DNA of 63,172 nucleotides, the filler included. It is 5 parts of 5 records of this genome, joined end to end, with 100 filler letters (N's around TTAATTAATTAA, not from the genome) between each part and the next. Parts side by side here need not be neighbours in the genome. Positions count along the whole stretch, not along the records: positions 15,613 to 40,288 come from SRR31156797_23031; 4 more parts are not named here. One strand, 5' to 3'. The first letter of the stretch is position 1; each line of letters begins with the position of its first letter. Shown here piece after piece: positions 18,520 through 29,254 of this stretch. Under the pieces are notes generated by a model, which was not told the origin of the DNA, searched no databases, and worked only from the letters and a program-made list of their open reading frames with translations. A program made the translations under genes and the position numbers.

Positions 18520-19536
18520 ATGACAAAACTAGTGAAATTATCGATTGCAGCTGTTACAGCGTGCGCTTTAAGTGCAAGTGCAGGAACTTTAGAAAACGTT
18601 AAAAAAGAAGGATTCCTTAAGTGTGGTGTTAACACAGGACTTCCAGGATTCTCAGAAGTGGGAAGTGATAAAAAATGGAAAGGGATAGATGTTGATGTTT
18701 GTAGAGCAGTTGCAGCAGCTGTTTTAGGAGATGCGGAAAAAGTAAAATATGTACCATTAACTGCAAAAGAGAGATTTACAGCTCTTCAAAGTGGTGAAAT
18801 TGATGTTTTATCTCGAAATACTACTTGGACTGCTACTAGAGATGCTTCTTTAGGAGCTAACTTTGCAGGTGTTACATATTATGATGGTCAGGGTTTTCTT
18901 ATTAATAAAGATTTAGGAATCAATACAGCAAAAAAACTTGATGGTGCATCAGTTTGTATTCAAGCTGGAACTACTACTGAGCTTAACTTAGCAGATTATT
19001 TCAACACAAACGGTATGAAATATAATCCAATTACATACGATACAACTGATCAAGTTTCAAAAGGGTTTGAATCAGGACGTTGTGATGTTATCACTTCTGA
19101 TGCTTCTCAACTTTATGCATTAAGAACAAAATTTAAAAATCCAGATAAATTTAAAGTTTTACCAAATATTATTTCAAAAGAGCCTTTAGGGCCACTTGTA
19201 AGACAAGGTGATGATGTATGGTTTAATATCGTAAAATGGTCTTTAAATGCATTAAAAGCTGGTGAAGAGTTTGGAATTACATCTACAAATGTAGATAAAA
19301 TGGCAAAAGAGAGTAAAAATCCAGAGATTCAAAGAATCTTAGGAGTAAGTGGTAAAATCGGTGAAGATTTAAAACTTGATAAAAAATGGGCATATAATAT
19401 TTTAAAACAAGTAGGAAACTACGGTGAATCGTTTGAGAGAAATGTAGGGAAAAAATCTCCACTTAAAATCTCAAGAGGACTTAATAATCTTTGGACAACA
19501 AAAGGCGGATTACAATACGCTCCTCCATTTAGATAA
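18520..19536 (+). CDS. aapJ: General L-amino acid ABC transporter, periplasmic binding protein
   Basis: GIDVDVCRAVAAAV, RFTALQSGEIDVLSRNTTWT, ISKEPLGP, C-terminal YAPPFR; AGGAG RBS before the ATG at 18520. Confidence 0.92.
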   Translation: MTKLVKLSIAAVTACALSASAGTLENVKKEGFLKCGVNTGLPGFSEVGSDKKWKGIDVDVCRAVAAAVLGDAEKVKYVPLTAKERFTALQSGEIDVLSRNTTWTATRDASLGANFAGVTYYDGQGFLINKDLGINTAKKLDGASVCIQAGTTTELNLADYFNTNGMKYNPITYDTTDQVSKGFESGRCDVITSDASQLYALRTKFKNPDKFKVLPNIISKEPLGPLVRQGDDVWFNIVKWSLNALKAGEEFGITSTNVDKMAKESKNPEIQRILGVSGKIGEDLKLDKKWAYNILKQVGNYGESFERNVGKKSPLKISRGLNNLWTTKGGLQYAPPFR

Positions 19537-19542
19537 TAAGTA

Positions 19543-19628
19543 TTATAAAACTTAAGAGTTTCTCTTAGGTTTTATAAAGTGTGCAATCAATACTGATAAA
19601 TATGCACGTATCTATCACTATTGGTTGC
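19543..19628 (+). terminator. Two stem-loops between aapJ and aapQ
   Basis: TTATAAAACTTAAGAG-TTT-CTCTTAGGTTTTATAA (19543-19577) and GCAATCAATACTGATA...TATCACTATTGGTTGC (19583-19628) followed by a T-run. Confidence 0.6.
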
Positions 19629-19658
19629 TTTTTTAGTTATTATTAAGAAAGGAAAGTT

Positions 19659-20816
19659 GTGTCAATTTTAAATAATAAATTATTTCGAGATATAGCTTCG
19701 CAGTTTATCATAGTAGTACTGCTTGTGTTATTTTTATGGTATATCATCTCAAATCTGCTTTACAATATTGATCAAAGAGGGATCACTACAGGGTTTAGTT
19801 TTTTTAATCATGTAGCTGGATTTGGTATCTCAGAATCTCCCGTGATTGATTATGATGATAGAAAATCTACTTACTTTGATGCATTTTTAGTAGGTCTTTT
19901 AAATACTATGATTGTCTCTGGAGTTGGGATCATCTTTGCATCAATCATTGGACTTCTTGTTGGAATCGCAAGATTATCAAAAAACTATATCGTTTCAAGG
20001 TTAGCATTAGCATATATTGAATTTTTTAGAAATATCCCGCTTCTTCTTCAAATCCTCTTTTGGTACAATGTTGTTTTAGCAACTCTACCAAGTCCAAGAC
20101 AAAGTCTTGTTTTATCTGCTGCAACATTTTTAAACAATCGTGGTCTATATCTTCCAAAACCAATGTTTCAAGATAATTTTTGGATTATATTAGTCACAAT
20201 TGCTATTGCAATAGCAATTGTAGTCTATCTTGCAAAATGGGCTGATAAAAGATTTGAAGAGACTGGACAGGATTTTCTTCTGTGGCCTTGGGCAGTAGTG
20301 ATCATTCTTGGGTTACCATTGGTTGTTTATAATATTATTGAAACCCCAATTATTATGAATCTACCAGCTCTTCAAGGATTTAACTATAGTGGTGGGCTTC
20401 GGTTCTCTCCTGAGTTTTTAGCTCTTGGTTTTGCCCTTAGTATCTATACTGCTTCACTTATTGCTGAAGCGGTAAGAAGTGGGATCGAAGCGGTTCAAAA
20501 AGGGCAAAAAGAAGCTGCTGCTTCTTTAGGACTTAGTAGTTATAAGGCTATGAAACTAGTGGTATTACCCCAAGCGATTCGAATCTCAATTCCTCCAATA
20601 TTAGGACAATATCTAAACTTGATCAAAAACTCATCTTTAGCTACAGCTATTGGATACCCTGAGATCGTTACTGTATTTAGTGGAACAGTACTTAACCAAA
20701 CTGGACAAGCAATAGAGATCATTGCTGTAACTATGGCAGTATATTTAACGATTAGTTTAACAGTTTCTGTGATCTTAAATATTGTGAATAAAAAACTAGA
20801 GATAAAGGAGAGATAA
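19659..20816 (+). CDS. aapQ: General L-amino acid ABC transporter permease
   Basis: VGLLNT, YIEFFRNIPLLLQ, EAA loop GQKEAAASLGL, KNSSLA. Confidence 0.92.
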   Translation: MSILNNKLFRDIASQFIIVVLLVLFLWYIISNLLYNIDQRGITTGFSFFNHVAGFGISESPVIDYDDRKSTYFDAFLVGLLNTMIVSGVGIIFASIIGLLVGIARLSKNYIVSRLALAYIEFFRNIPLLLQILFWYNVVLATLPSPRQSLVLSAATFLNNRGLYLPKPMFQDNFWIILVTIAIAIAIVVYLAKWADKRFEETGQDFLLWPWAVVIILGLPLVVYNIIETPIIMNLPALQGFNYSGGLRFSPEFLALGFALSIYTASLIAEAVRSGIEAVQKGQKEAAASLGLSSYKAMKLVVLPQAIRISIPPILGQYLNLIKNSSLATAIGYPEIVTVFSGTVLNQTGQAIEIIAVTMAVYLTISLTVSVILNIVNKKLEIKER

Positions 20817-21904
20817 TGGCAGTTTATGAAGAAAAAATAGCTAGACCAGCTCCTGCAGGACTTCGTGGTCCTTGGCATTGGATGAAAGAGAATCTTTTTG
20901 CTTCTCCTATGGATATTATCCAAACATTTTTAGTAGTGGCATTTTTAGCATGGGTTATTCCTCCATTTTTAGATTGGGCACTGTTTGATGCTTCCTTTAT
21001 AGGTGAGACAAAAGCAGATGCAATTGGTAGTGGAGCAAACTGGATCTTTATTAAAGAGAAGATCGATATGTTTATCTATGGTTTTTATCCAGCTGAAGAG
21101 ATATATCGGATCAATATAGTTTTTGCACTATTTTTTGTGACAGTAATACTTTTTAAATATGTAGCCAGAAGTTTTTGGCAAAAAGCATTAGTATTTATCG
21201 CATATCCTGTTATCGCATTTATCCTTATTAAAGGGGGATATTTTGGTTTTGTAGACGTTCCTACTGATAAATGGGGAGGATTGATGCTTACTTTAGTAAT
21301 TGCAGGAGTTGGTATTGTCCTTTCAATTCCATTAGGAACTGTACTTGCTCTTGGTCGTCAGTCAAAACTTCCTATTATTCAGAACTTAAGTGTTTTTTAT
21401 ATTGAGTTTATTAGAGGGGTTCCTATTATTACGATGCTTTTTATGGGATCTGTTTTATTACCTTTATTTTTTGCTGAAGGTGTTGAAGTAGATAAATTAT
21501 TGCGAGCACTTATTGTAATAGTTATGATTGAGTCTGCCTTTGTAGCTGAAGCGGTTAGAGGTGGTCTTCAATCAATTCCAAAAGGGCAATATGAAGCAGC
21601 TGATTCATTGGGTCTAGGGTATTGGCAAAGTATGCTTTTTGTGATTTTACCACAAGCTTTAAAAGTAGCTTTACCAAACTTAGTAGGGATTGCCATTGAG
21701 TTATTTAAAGATACTTCACTTGTTATGATTATTGGACTATTTGATGTGTTATCAATGGTGCACTTAACAGCGAATGATTCAAATTGGTTAGGAATGGAAA
21801 CAGAAGGGTATGTATTTGTTACCTTTATTTACTGGGTATTCTGTTATGGAATGTCAAAATATAGTATGATCTTAGAAAATAGATTTAATACAGATCATCG
21901 ATAA
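20816..21904 (+). CDS. aapM: General L-amino acid ABC transporter permease
   Basis: WGGLMLTL, FIRGVP, GQYEAADSLGL, FKDTSLV. Confidence 0.92.
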   Translation: MAVYEEKIARPAPAGLRGPWHWMKENLFASPMDIIQTFLVVAFLAWVIPPFLDWALFDASFIGETKADAIGSGANWIFIKEKIDMFIYGFYPAEEIYRINIVFALFFVTVILFKYVARSFWQKALVFIAYPVIAFILIKGGYFGFVDVPTDKWGGLMLTLVIAGVGIVLSIPLGTVLALGRQSKLPIIQNLSVFYIEFIRGVPIITMLFMGSVLLPLFFAEGVEVDKLLRALIVIVMIESAFVAEAVRGGLQSIPKGQYEAADSLGLGYWQSMLFVILPQALKVALPNLVGIAIELFKDTSLVMIIGLFDVLSMVHLTANDSNWLGMETEGYVFVTFIYWVFCYGMSKYSMILENRFNTDHR

Positions 21905-21919
21905 AGATATGGAGTTGTA

Positions 21920-22657
21920 ATGGAAAATATAATTGAAATAAAAAATTTAAATAAATGGTATGGAGATTTTCACGTACTAAAAGATATCAACCTTAATATT
22001 AAAAAAGGTGAGATCGTGGTAGTATGTGGGCCTAGTGGAAGTGGAAAGTCTACAGTTACAAGATGTATAAATTACCTTGAGCAGTTTCAAGAAGGGGAAT
22101 TGATTGTAAATGGTACAACACTTACTGATGATGTAAAAAAGATCAAACAAGTAAGAAGTGAAGTAGCTATGGTGTTCCAGCACTTTGAACTTTTTCCCCA
22201 TCTAAGTATTCTTAGTAATCTTATCTTAGCTCCAATGCATGTACATCATATGCCTAAAAAAGAAGCTACAGCTATGGCAATGAAATATCTTGAGCGTGTA
22301 AATATTGCCGATCAAGCGGATAAATACCCAAATCAACTTAGTGGTGGACAAAAGCAAAGGGTGGCAATCGCACGTGCTCTTTGTGCAAATCCAAAGATTA
22401 TGCTTTTTGATGAGCCTACTTCAGCACTTGATCCAGAGATGATCTCAGAGGTTCTAGATGTAATGATCGAGCTTGCTAGCGAAGATAAAACAATGGTGTG
22501 TGTAACCCATGAGATGGGATTTGCTAAAAAAGTAGCTGATAGAGTGATCTTTATGGCAGATGGTCAAATCGTTGAAGAAAACACACCAGATGAGTTTTTC
22601 AATAACCCAAAAAGTGAAAGACTCAAGCAGTTCTTACAACAAATTCTTTCCCATTGA
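21920..22657 (+). CDS. aapP: Amino acid ABC transporter ATP-binding protein
   Basis: [36 protein letters not shown]. Confidence 0.93.
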   Translation: MENIIEIKNLNKWYGDFHVLKDINLNIKKGEIVVVCGPSGSGKSTVTRCINYLEQFQEGELIVNGTTLTDDVKKIKQVRSEVAMVFQHFELFPHLSILSNLILAPMHVHHMPKKEATAMAMKYLERVNIADQADKYPNQLSGGQKQRVAIARALCANPKIMLFDEPTSALDPEMISEVLDVMIELASEDKTMVCVTHEMGFAKKVADRVIFMADGQIVEENTPDEFFNNPKSERLKQFLQQILSH

Positions 22658-24555
22658 AAAAGTACAAAAAAGCTTGTCTGATCGTAAAAGATCAGACAAG
22701 TAAAACCCTTATAGAGCTTCAAGAGTTCTATGAAAATCACTATAAACAATCTTTACCTATTGTTACTTATAATGAAGAGATAGAGTTTGAAGAAGATACT
22801 ATCTATTTTTTATATCTTGGTGATGAACTAATAAAAAAGTTTTTATTTGAAAATAAAGATCAAAAGCTCAATCTTTCTATTCTTCCAAATGAAGATTCGA
22901 CTCAGAGTATTACAAGATATGGGCTTTCAAAAGATATCTATGAAGCTTTTGACGATGCTTTTAGAGAAGAGCTTCGCGTCAATGATCAGCTTTTAATATG
23001 CAATGAACAAGTGGTATTTAATAAAATCTCTATTGGAAATGTACAAAACTTTAGCAGATATAGTGATAGTGCATGGGCAAATATAAAAAGATTTTTTAAA
23101 AACCTAAAAAATCTTCGATATCAAGCGATCACTTTTGAAACTGAGAAGAAAAATAGTTTGAAAACAGTAGTGAGTGGAGTGTTGGTTTTAGAAGATTATA
23201 CGGTATATAAGAGTTTTAGAAATATTGAAAATAGCTCTTTTCATGATGGGAAGTTAAATGCTTTTATTATCTCTCCATCAAGTATACTCTCTTATATTTA
23301 TCATTTTTTGATCATTGTCTTTTATCATAAGTTCTCACTTAATCGTCTTCCTCGTGGTATTGGATTTATCTCTGCAAAAAAACTTTCTCTTAGTAGTGGA
23401 ACCCCATTTGAGTTTACTGTAGATTCTGTGGCAGTGAGCTCAAAAGAGATCCATATAGATGTAGTACAAAGTGAACTTAATATCAACTATGGTAAAAAGT
23501 TTGAAGACTCCATCAATGAAAAAAACCAATATGATGAAAAAGAGAGCTTTAATGTACGCTATCTTCCAAAAGGGGAGTTAAAAGATCTTTTAATAAAAGG
23601 ACGAATTCCACTACTTAAAAAAGCTAGTGATGAAGATATGAAAGAGACTTTTACTTCTATAAAAGAGGGTGCAAAAGTAACTTCGATCTTTATCACACTT
23701 ATGATTCTAAGTACCTTACTTGCAACTGTAGGGATCTTTCAAGACTCTACACCATCAGTAATTGGTGCGATGATCTTAGCTCCACTTATGACACCTATTA
23801 TCTCTTTAGCAATGGGGACGGTAAGAAGTGATAACTTAATTATTAAAAGAAGTGTTTTAACTCTTGGATTAGGAATCTTAAGTGCCTTGTTTTTTTCAAG
23901 TTTAGTTACTCTTATGATTCCTCTTGATAGCGCAACCTCTTCACAAATATATTCAAGGATCAACCCAAACCTTCTTGATCTTTTTGTAGCAATATTCTCA
24001 GGAATTGCAGGAGCTTATGCTGCTTCAAAAGAGGAAGTGGCAAAATCTTTAGCTGGTGTGGCTATCGCTGTGGCACTTGTACCTCCACTTTGTGTAAGTG
24101 GTATAGGAATAGGGTGGGGTGAGTTTAATATCGTTTATGGATCATTTTTACTTTTTTTAACCAACCTTTTTGGAGTAATCGTAGCTGCTGCAATCACTTT
24201 TATTATCCTTGGATTTGCTCCTATTCATAGAGCAAAAAAAGGGATAGTATACTCTTCAATTATGGTTTTAGTAGTCTCTATTCCTCTTTATTTTTCATTT
24301 CTTTCTTTGATTGAGCAAAATCAAGATTATGAAAGATTACAAAATATTAAAAGCATAGAGTTATATAATAAAAAAGTAAGTTTTAATATCATTTCAGTGA
24401 ATAATACTTCTAGTGATAAAACAGTGATCAATCTAGAGGTGATCTCAACTACCCCATTAAACTCATCTGAATATAGTGTCTTAAAAGGGAAAATAGAAAA
24501 AATACTAGATAAAGAGATCACGCTTTATGTGATACCAAAACTTATCATTGAATAA
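22654..24555 (+). CDS. TIGR00341/DUF389 membrane protein with N-terminal degenerate diacylglycerol-kinase-like domain
   Basis: C-terminal [35 protein letters not shown]-terminal soluble region with [12 protein letters not shown] and FEFTVDS, resembling a DAGK accessory domain. Confidence 0.78.
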   Translation: MKKYKKACLIVKDQTSKTLIELQEFYENHYKQSLPIVTYNEEIEFEEDTIYFLYLGDELIKKFLFENKDQKLNLSILPNEDSTQSITRYGLSKDIYEAFDDAFREELRVNDQLLICNEQVVFNKISIGNVQNFSRYSDSAWANIKRFFKNLKNLRYQAITFETEKKNSLKTVVSGVLVLEDYTVYKSFRNIENSSFHDGKLNAFIISPSSILSYIYHFLIIVFYHKFSLNRLPRGIGFISAKKLSLSSGTPFEFTVDSVAVSSKEIHIDVVQSELNINYGKKFEDSINEKNQYDEKESFNVRYLPKGELKDLLIKGRIPLLKKASDEDMKETFTSIKEGAKVTSIFITLMILSTLLATVGIFQDSTPSVIGAMILAPLMTPIISLAMGTVRSDNLIIKRSVLTLGLGILSALFFSSLVTLMIPLDSATSSQIYSRINPNLLDLFVAIFSGIAGAYAASKEEVAKSLAGVAIAVALVPPLCVSGIGIGWGEFNIVYGSFLLFLTNLFGVIVAAAITFIILGFAPIHRAKKGIVYSSIMVLVVSIPLYFSFLSLIEQNQDYERLQNIKSIELYNKKVSFNIISVNNTSSDKTVINLEVISTTPLNSSEYSVLKGKIEKILDKEITLYVIPKLIIE

Positions 24556-24564
24556 GGAGAAAAA

Positions 24565-25179
24565 ATGGATTTTTATAGTTTGATCGCTTTTATTGGAGCA
24601 ATGTTTATTTTAGCAGTTAGCCCAGGTCCTGGACTTTTTGCTGTAGTGTCACGTTCACTTGCTAGTGGATTTGAACATGCCTCAGTGATGATCATAGGGA
24701 TTGTTTTAGGGGATATTATCTATCTTTTGATGGCAATTTTTGGATTAAGTATGATCGCTGAACTTATGGGAAGTTTTTTTATTATTATAAAATATATTGG
24801 TGGCTTGTATTTGATCTATTTAGGCTATAAGATTATCACTTCTAAAGTGGAAGAGCATAATCTAACAGGAGTTAAAGAGCTATCGTGGAAAGCAAACTTT
24901 TTTAGCGGTCTTTTTATCACTTTAGGAAACCCTAAAGTGATCATCTTTTATCTTGGGTTTTTACCTGCATTTATGGATCTAGGAAACTTAAGTAATGGGG
25001 ATATCTTATTATCTATCCTTGTTGTAGCGTCTGTATTAGCTGTAGTGATGTTAACTTATGCACACTTAGCTGCAAAGTCTAGAAAACTTTTTAAAAGTAA
25101 AAAAGCGATGCAAAAACTAAACTATGCTTCGGGGGGAATTATGATGAGTGCAGGGGCTGTTTTAATTATCAAAAACTAA
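24565..25179 (+). CDS. LysE/RhtB family amino-acid exporter
   Basis: SPGPG, GGLYLIYLG, GNPKVIIFY. Confidence 0.9.
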   Translation: MDFYSLIAFIGAMFILAVSPGPGLFAVVSRSLASGFEHASVMIIGIVLGDIIYLLMAIFGLSMIAELMGSFFIIIKYIGGLYLIYLGYKIITSKVEEHNLTGVKELSWKANFFSGLFITLGNPKVIIFYLGFLPAFMDLGNLSNGDILLSILVVASVLAVVMLTYAHLAAKSRKLFKSKKAMQKLNYASGGIMMSAGAVLIIKN

Positions 25180-25182
25180 AAG

Positions 25183-25224
25183 AGCAATTTTATTCTATAA
25201 AATGGGAATCTTTTTCGCTATTAT
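25183..25224 (+). promoter_or_regulatory. Candidate AraC operator plus -10 element (copy 1)
   Basis: AGCAATTTTATTCTATA (25183-25199), 19 nt before TATTAT (25219-25224). Confidence 0.55.
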
Positions 25225-25230
25225 TATATT

Positions 25231-26028
25231 ATGAGTTTAGAGATACTAAAAAACACTTTTTTTGAAAATATACAAAGTAAAAAAGAATCTTTTCATAGGC
25301 ACTATCATGATACATATACTATAGGTGTAACTCATGATGGTGTATTTAAATATTTTAATTCAAATAAAGCTTTTTACTCTTATAGATATTCAACAAAGAT
25401 ATCAAATCCTGCTGAAGTTCATGGTGGAGACTCGGATAGCTGGAGATATACAAACTTTTATCCATCAAATGAATTAATGGCTCAAATATATGAGCAAATA
25501 TTTTTAGAAAAAAAGCTTCCTATCTTTCAAGAGTATATTATCGATGATCCTATACTGTATCAGCTACTTTGTAATCTTTTTCAAAGTGTATATTCTAAAC
25601 AAGATGAGATGCTTATAGAGATAAGTCTTCTAGAAGCTCTTTCATACTTAATCAAAAACCATACTTTTTATACAAAGAGTTATGATGATCTTTTTGATGA
25701 TAAAAAGGTCGTAAAAACTTCCATAGAATATATAAAAGACACTATAGATTCAAATATCTCCTTAGAGCAATTAGCACAAAATGCAAGTATGAGCAAATAC
25801 CATTTTTTAAGGGTATTTAAAAAAGAACTAGGGATCACCCCACACAACTATATCCTTTCTCAAAAGGTGCAAAAAACCGTACAAAAGATATTTAAAGGGA
25901 TGAGTTTAAGTGATGCAAGTGTAGATACTGGCTTTAGCGATCAATCCCATTTTACAAGAAACTTTAAAAAGATCTATGGCTATACTCCAAGTAAAGTTTT
26001 TGATCCTTCAAAAATTATTCTTTATTAA
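25231..26028 (+). CDS. AraC family transcriptional regulator (cupin ligand domain)
   Basis: RHYHDTY cupin; SKYHFLRVFKKELGITPHNY and GFSDQSHFTRNFKKIYGYTP. Confidence 0.93.
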   Translation: MSLEILKNTFFENIQSKKESFHRHYHDTYTIGVTHDGVFKYFNSNKAFYSYRYSTKISNPAEVHGGDSDSWRYTNFYPSNELMAQIYEQIFLEKKLPIFQEYIIDDPILYQLLCNLFQSVYSKQDEMLIEISLLEALSYLIKNHTFYTKSYDDLFDDKKVVKTSIEYIKDTIDSNISLEQLAQNASMSKYHFLRVFKKELGITPHNYILSQKVQKTVQKIFKGMSLSDASVDTGFSDQSHFTRNFKKIYGYTPSKVFDPSKIILY

Positions 26029-26036
26029 AAGCTAGT

Positions 26037-26726
26037 ATGATCCATAAAAGAGAACTACAAATCGCATTTAAAGTATCTATCCCTATTATGATGGGATATG
26101 GAGTCTTAGGCTTTGCCTTTGGACTTTTAGCAGTAAGCGTAGGACTTCCTTGGTATATCGCGTTTATTATGTCTATCTTTATCTATGCAGGAGCCTTACA
26201 GTTTTTAGCTATTGGGTTTATCACCTCAAAAGTTGGTTTTATTGATATCTTTATCTCTTCATTTTTTGTAAATATTAGACAAGCTTTTTATGGACTCTCA
26301 GTACTCAATAAGTTTAAAAAAAGTGGCAAACTAAAACCATACCTTATCTTTGGTCTAACTGATGAAACCTATGCATTGCTAACTACCATTAAAGAGGATG
26401 ATCAAATAAAGAAAAAATATTACTATTTTTATCTTTCACTGTTTAATCAATCCTATTGGATCATCGGAACTGTTTTAGGAGCATTATTTGGCTCAATGAT
26501 AGAGTTTGATACAAGTGGACTAGAGTTTTCACTCACTGCTTTATTTGTAGTTTTAGCAATTGAACAATATAAAACAAAAAAACAATATCTTCCTTTTATA
26601 ATTGGAGCAGTAGCTTCACTAATAGCGATTATATTAGTTCCAGTAAATAATATGCTTTTAGTCTCTATCGCTTTAGCTTTACTTGGAATGTTTCTTTTTA
26701 AAAATAGGTTTGAAGATGGAATCTAG
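26037..26726 (+). CDS. azlC: Branched-chain amino acid exporter, AzlC subunit
   Basis: GFAFG, YAGALQF, LTDETYA, GLEFSLTALF. Confidence 0.9.
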   Translation: MIHKRELQIAFKVSIPIMMGYGVLGFAFGLLAVSVGLPWYIAFIMSIFIYAGALQFLAIGFITSKVGFIDIFISSFFVNIRQAFYGLSVLNKFKKSGKLKPYLIFGLTDETYALLTTIKEDDQIKKKYYYFYLSLFNQSYWIIGTVLGALFGSMIEFDTSGLEFSLTALFVVLAIEQYKTKKQYLPFIIGAVASLIAIILVPVNNMLLVSIALALLGMFLFKNRFEDGI

Positions 26727-27036
26727 TGAAATCTATATAGCTATTGCTATTATGGCACTAGCCAATCTAATAACTAGAGCCTTGCCTTTTTTATTTTTTA
26801 CAAAAAAAGAGCCTCCACACTATATTCTCTTTATTGAGCAAAATTTTCCACCTATTATTATGATCATTTTGATCTTTTATACTCTCTCCTCAATTGATCT
26901 TGTAAATCAACTCTATGGATTAAAAGAGATATTGGCTATAGGATTTACAGCTTATCTGCATCTTCGATTTAATAATTATCTGATCTCTATAGTATTAGGA
27001 ACTTTATTTTATATGGGATTAGTGCAGTTTATATAA
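26716..27036 (+). CDS. azlD: Branched-chain amino acid exporter, AzlD subunit
   Basis: TRALPFLFF, SIVLGTLFYM; start moved to the ATG at 26716, overlapping the azlC end. Confidence 0.88.
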   Translation: MESSEIYIAIAIMALANLITRALPFLFFTKKEPPHYILFIEQNFPPIIMIILIFYTLSSIDLVNQLYGLKEILAIGFTAYLHLRFNNYLISIVLGTLFYMGLVQFI

Positions 27037-27038
27037 AT

Positions 27039-27080
27039 AGCAATATTATTCTATACAAAAAACTCCCCTCGTGCTATACT
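27039..27080 (+). promoter_or_regulatory. Candidate AraC operator plus extended -10 (copy 2)
   Basis: AGCAATATTATTCTATA (27039-27055), 19 nt before the TATACT of TGCTATACT (27075-27080). Confidence 0.55.
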
Positions 27081-27108
27081 TTTACAAAATCTATAAAAAA
27101 GTCAACAA

Positions 27109-28011
27109 ATGGAAAGCCAAAAAACAAAGTTTTATATTTTAATGATTATAGCTATGACCTCATGGGGTGCTTCATGGGTCAATGCAAAAGTTTTAAGTAA
27201 TTATATTACTGCTGAAGAGATGATATTTTATAGATATATTATAAGTACTGTTACTTTAGCTCCAATTTTATTTTTCATGAAAAAATCTTTTAGTATAGAT
27301 CTAAAAACTTTTAAACTTGCTTTTTTAGCTTCCATATTTTTAGTGATTTATTCAATCTTCTTTTTTAATGGAACTAAATTTGGTACAGCAGGGCTTGGAG
27401 GTGCTTTTGTAACTACTTTAAATCCCATAGTTACTTTCATAATTATGGTAGCTTTTTTTAAAAAAGAGTTATTTAAAAAAGATATTTTTGCACTTTTTTT
27501 AGGAGCTATTGGGATTATGACTATTTTAAATGTATGGTCATTTAAATTTGAAGATATCTTTGTGATTTCAAATCTTTATTTTATCTATGCAGCTTTTACT
27601 TGGTCTTTTTTAACCATTACCAATTCAAAGCTAAAAAACTATGATCATTTGATGTTTACTTTTTATATTTATCTATTTACTACAATTATAGGTTTTTCTA
27701 TTACGCCATTTGAGAGTGGAAATATCTTTGAATTTGATTCAATTTTTTGGATAAATATGTTTATCATCTCAGTACTTAGTACTACCTTTGCTACATCTAT
27801 CTATTTTGTAGCCACTACTAAAATAGGGGCAAATGAAGCAAGTTCATTTGTTTTTTTAGTGCCATTTAATGCTATCTTTTTAAGTTTTTTATTTTTAGAT
27901 GAGCCTATCTATTTTACCACTCTAATTGGTACTATTATGACTATAATTGCTGTTTCAATGCTAAACAATGTAAAATTTCCAAGTTTGAGAAAACCAAAAC
28001 AATCTTTGTAG
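27109..28011 (+). CDS. DMT/EamA family transporter
   Basis: About 10 TM segments, SWGASW, two EamA repeats, FLDEPI. Confidence 0.88.
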   Translation: MESQKTKFYILMIIAMTSWGASWVNAKVLSNYITAEEMIFYRYIISTVTLAPILFFMKKSFSIDLKTFKLAFLASIFLVIYSIFFFNGTKFGTAGLGGAFVTTLNPIVTFIIMVAFFKKELFKKDIFALFLGAIGIMTILNVWSFKFEDIFVISNLYFIYAAFTWSFLTITNSKLKNYDHLMFTFYIYLFTTIIGFSITPFESGNIFEFDSIFWINMFIISVLSTTFATSIYFVATTKIGANEASSFVFLVPFNAIFLSFLFLDEPIYFTTLIGTIMTIIAVSMLNNVKFPSLRKPKQSL

Positions 28012-28070
28012 TTAAGTTATAACTTTCTTTTTTTATATTACAATAAAAAATTAAAAAAAAGGAGTTATAG

Positions 28071-29201
28071 ATGGGAATAAAAGCTAAATTACTGCTTGGA
28101 GCATTATCTATTGCTGCACTTAATTCTAGTGTATTAGCAAAAGAGGTAAAGATCGGTGTGGTTATGCCTATGAGTGGACCAATTGGGGGATTTGGACAAA
28201 GTGCCAATAAAGGGATCGAATTGGCTCATGAGCTTACACCAAAACTTAAAAATGGTGATACGATTAAAGTTGTCTTACTTGATAATAAATCTGATAAGAT
28301 CGAATCAGCAAATGCGATGCAAAAGCTGGTATCATCAGATAAAGTTGCTGCAGCAGTTGGAGCACTTACTTCTACAAACACTATGGCTATTACAAAAATT
28401 GCAGGAGCTGGAAAAGTTCCTTTAGTAGCTCCTGTTGCTACAAATATACTGGTCACAAAAAATAGAGAATTTGCAAACAGAGTATGTTTCTCAGATGCTT
28501 TCCAAGGGCAAGTAGCAGCGAACTTTATTAAAAATGAGCTTGGAAAGAAAAAAGTGGTTCTTATCACTGATGTAAAGCAAGATTATTCAATTGGTATTTC
28601 AAAAGTGTTTAAAAAATATTTTAAAAGTATCGGTGGAACAGTTGTAAAACAAGTGATGATGAACTCAGGAGATACAGACTTTAAAGCGATGATCTCTAGT
28701 ATCAAAGCGATGAAACCTGAGCTTGTATTTTATCCTATCTATTCAGCAGAAGCTGCATTAATTGCAAAACAAGCAAAACAATTAGGGCTAAATGTCCCTT
28801 TTGTAGGAACAGATGGTATGACGGCTGATAAAGTATTTTTTGAAACTGGTGGGGATGCGATTGAAGGTTTTTATAATACAGACCTTTACTCACCAGAAGC
28901 TCCAAAGACAACTGATGCAAGTAAAGTATTTGAAAAAGCATATAAGAAAAAATATAATGAAGATGTTCACCCATTTGCAGCTTTAAGTGCTGATGCATAT
29001 GGGGTAATCGTACATGCCATGAATCAGTGTAAGGATCCTAGTGATGGAGCTTGTATCAATGAAAAGATCAAATCAACTAAAAATTTCCCTGGGGTTTCAG
29101 GAGTTATTTCAATTGGATCAAATGGTGATGCTACAAGAAGTGCAGTGATCAATCAAATTGTAGATGGTAAACAAGTTTACAAAACAACAGTAAACCCATA
29201 A
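28071..29201 (+). CDS. livK: Branched-chain amino acid ABC transporter binding protein
   Basis: KIGVVMPMSGP, RVCFSDAFQG, GDTDFKA, FPGVSG; first gene of the liv cluster (LivJ versus LivK specificity not resolved). Confidence 0.85.
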   Translation: MGIKAKLLLGALSIAALNSSVLAKEVKIGVVMPMSGPIGGFGQSANKGIELAHELTPKLKNGDTIKVVLLDNKSDKIESANAMQKLVSSDKVAAAVGALTSTNTMAITKIAGAGKVPLVAPVATNILVTKNREFANRVCFSDAFQGQVAANFIKNELGKKKVVLITDVKQDYSIGISKVFKKYFKSIGGTVVKQVMMNSGDTDFKAMISSIKAMKPELVFYPIYSAEAALIAKQAKQLGLNVPFVGTDGMTADKVFFETGGDAIEGFYNTDLYSPEAPKTTDASKVFEKAYKKKYNEDVHPFAALSADAYGVIVHAMNQCKDPSDGACINEKIKSTKNFPGVSGVISIGSNGDATRSAVINQIVDGKQVYKTTVNP

Positions 29202-29215
29202 TTAATAGAAGGATG

Positions 29216-29245
29216 AAAAGAGCTTGAATGTCAAGCTCTTTTTTT
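29216..29245 (+). terminator. Stem-loop + U-tract after livK
   Basis: AAAAGAGCTTGA-ATG-TCAAGCTCTTTT followed by further T. Confidence 0.7.
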
Positions 29246-29254
29246 ATTAGTACT

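Noticed and set aside
26008-26024. Third copy of the AraC motif at the end of the araC gene
   Set aside because: Only the TTATTCT core matches; the AGCAAT half is absent and no -10 lies at the 19-nt spacing
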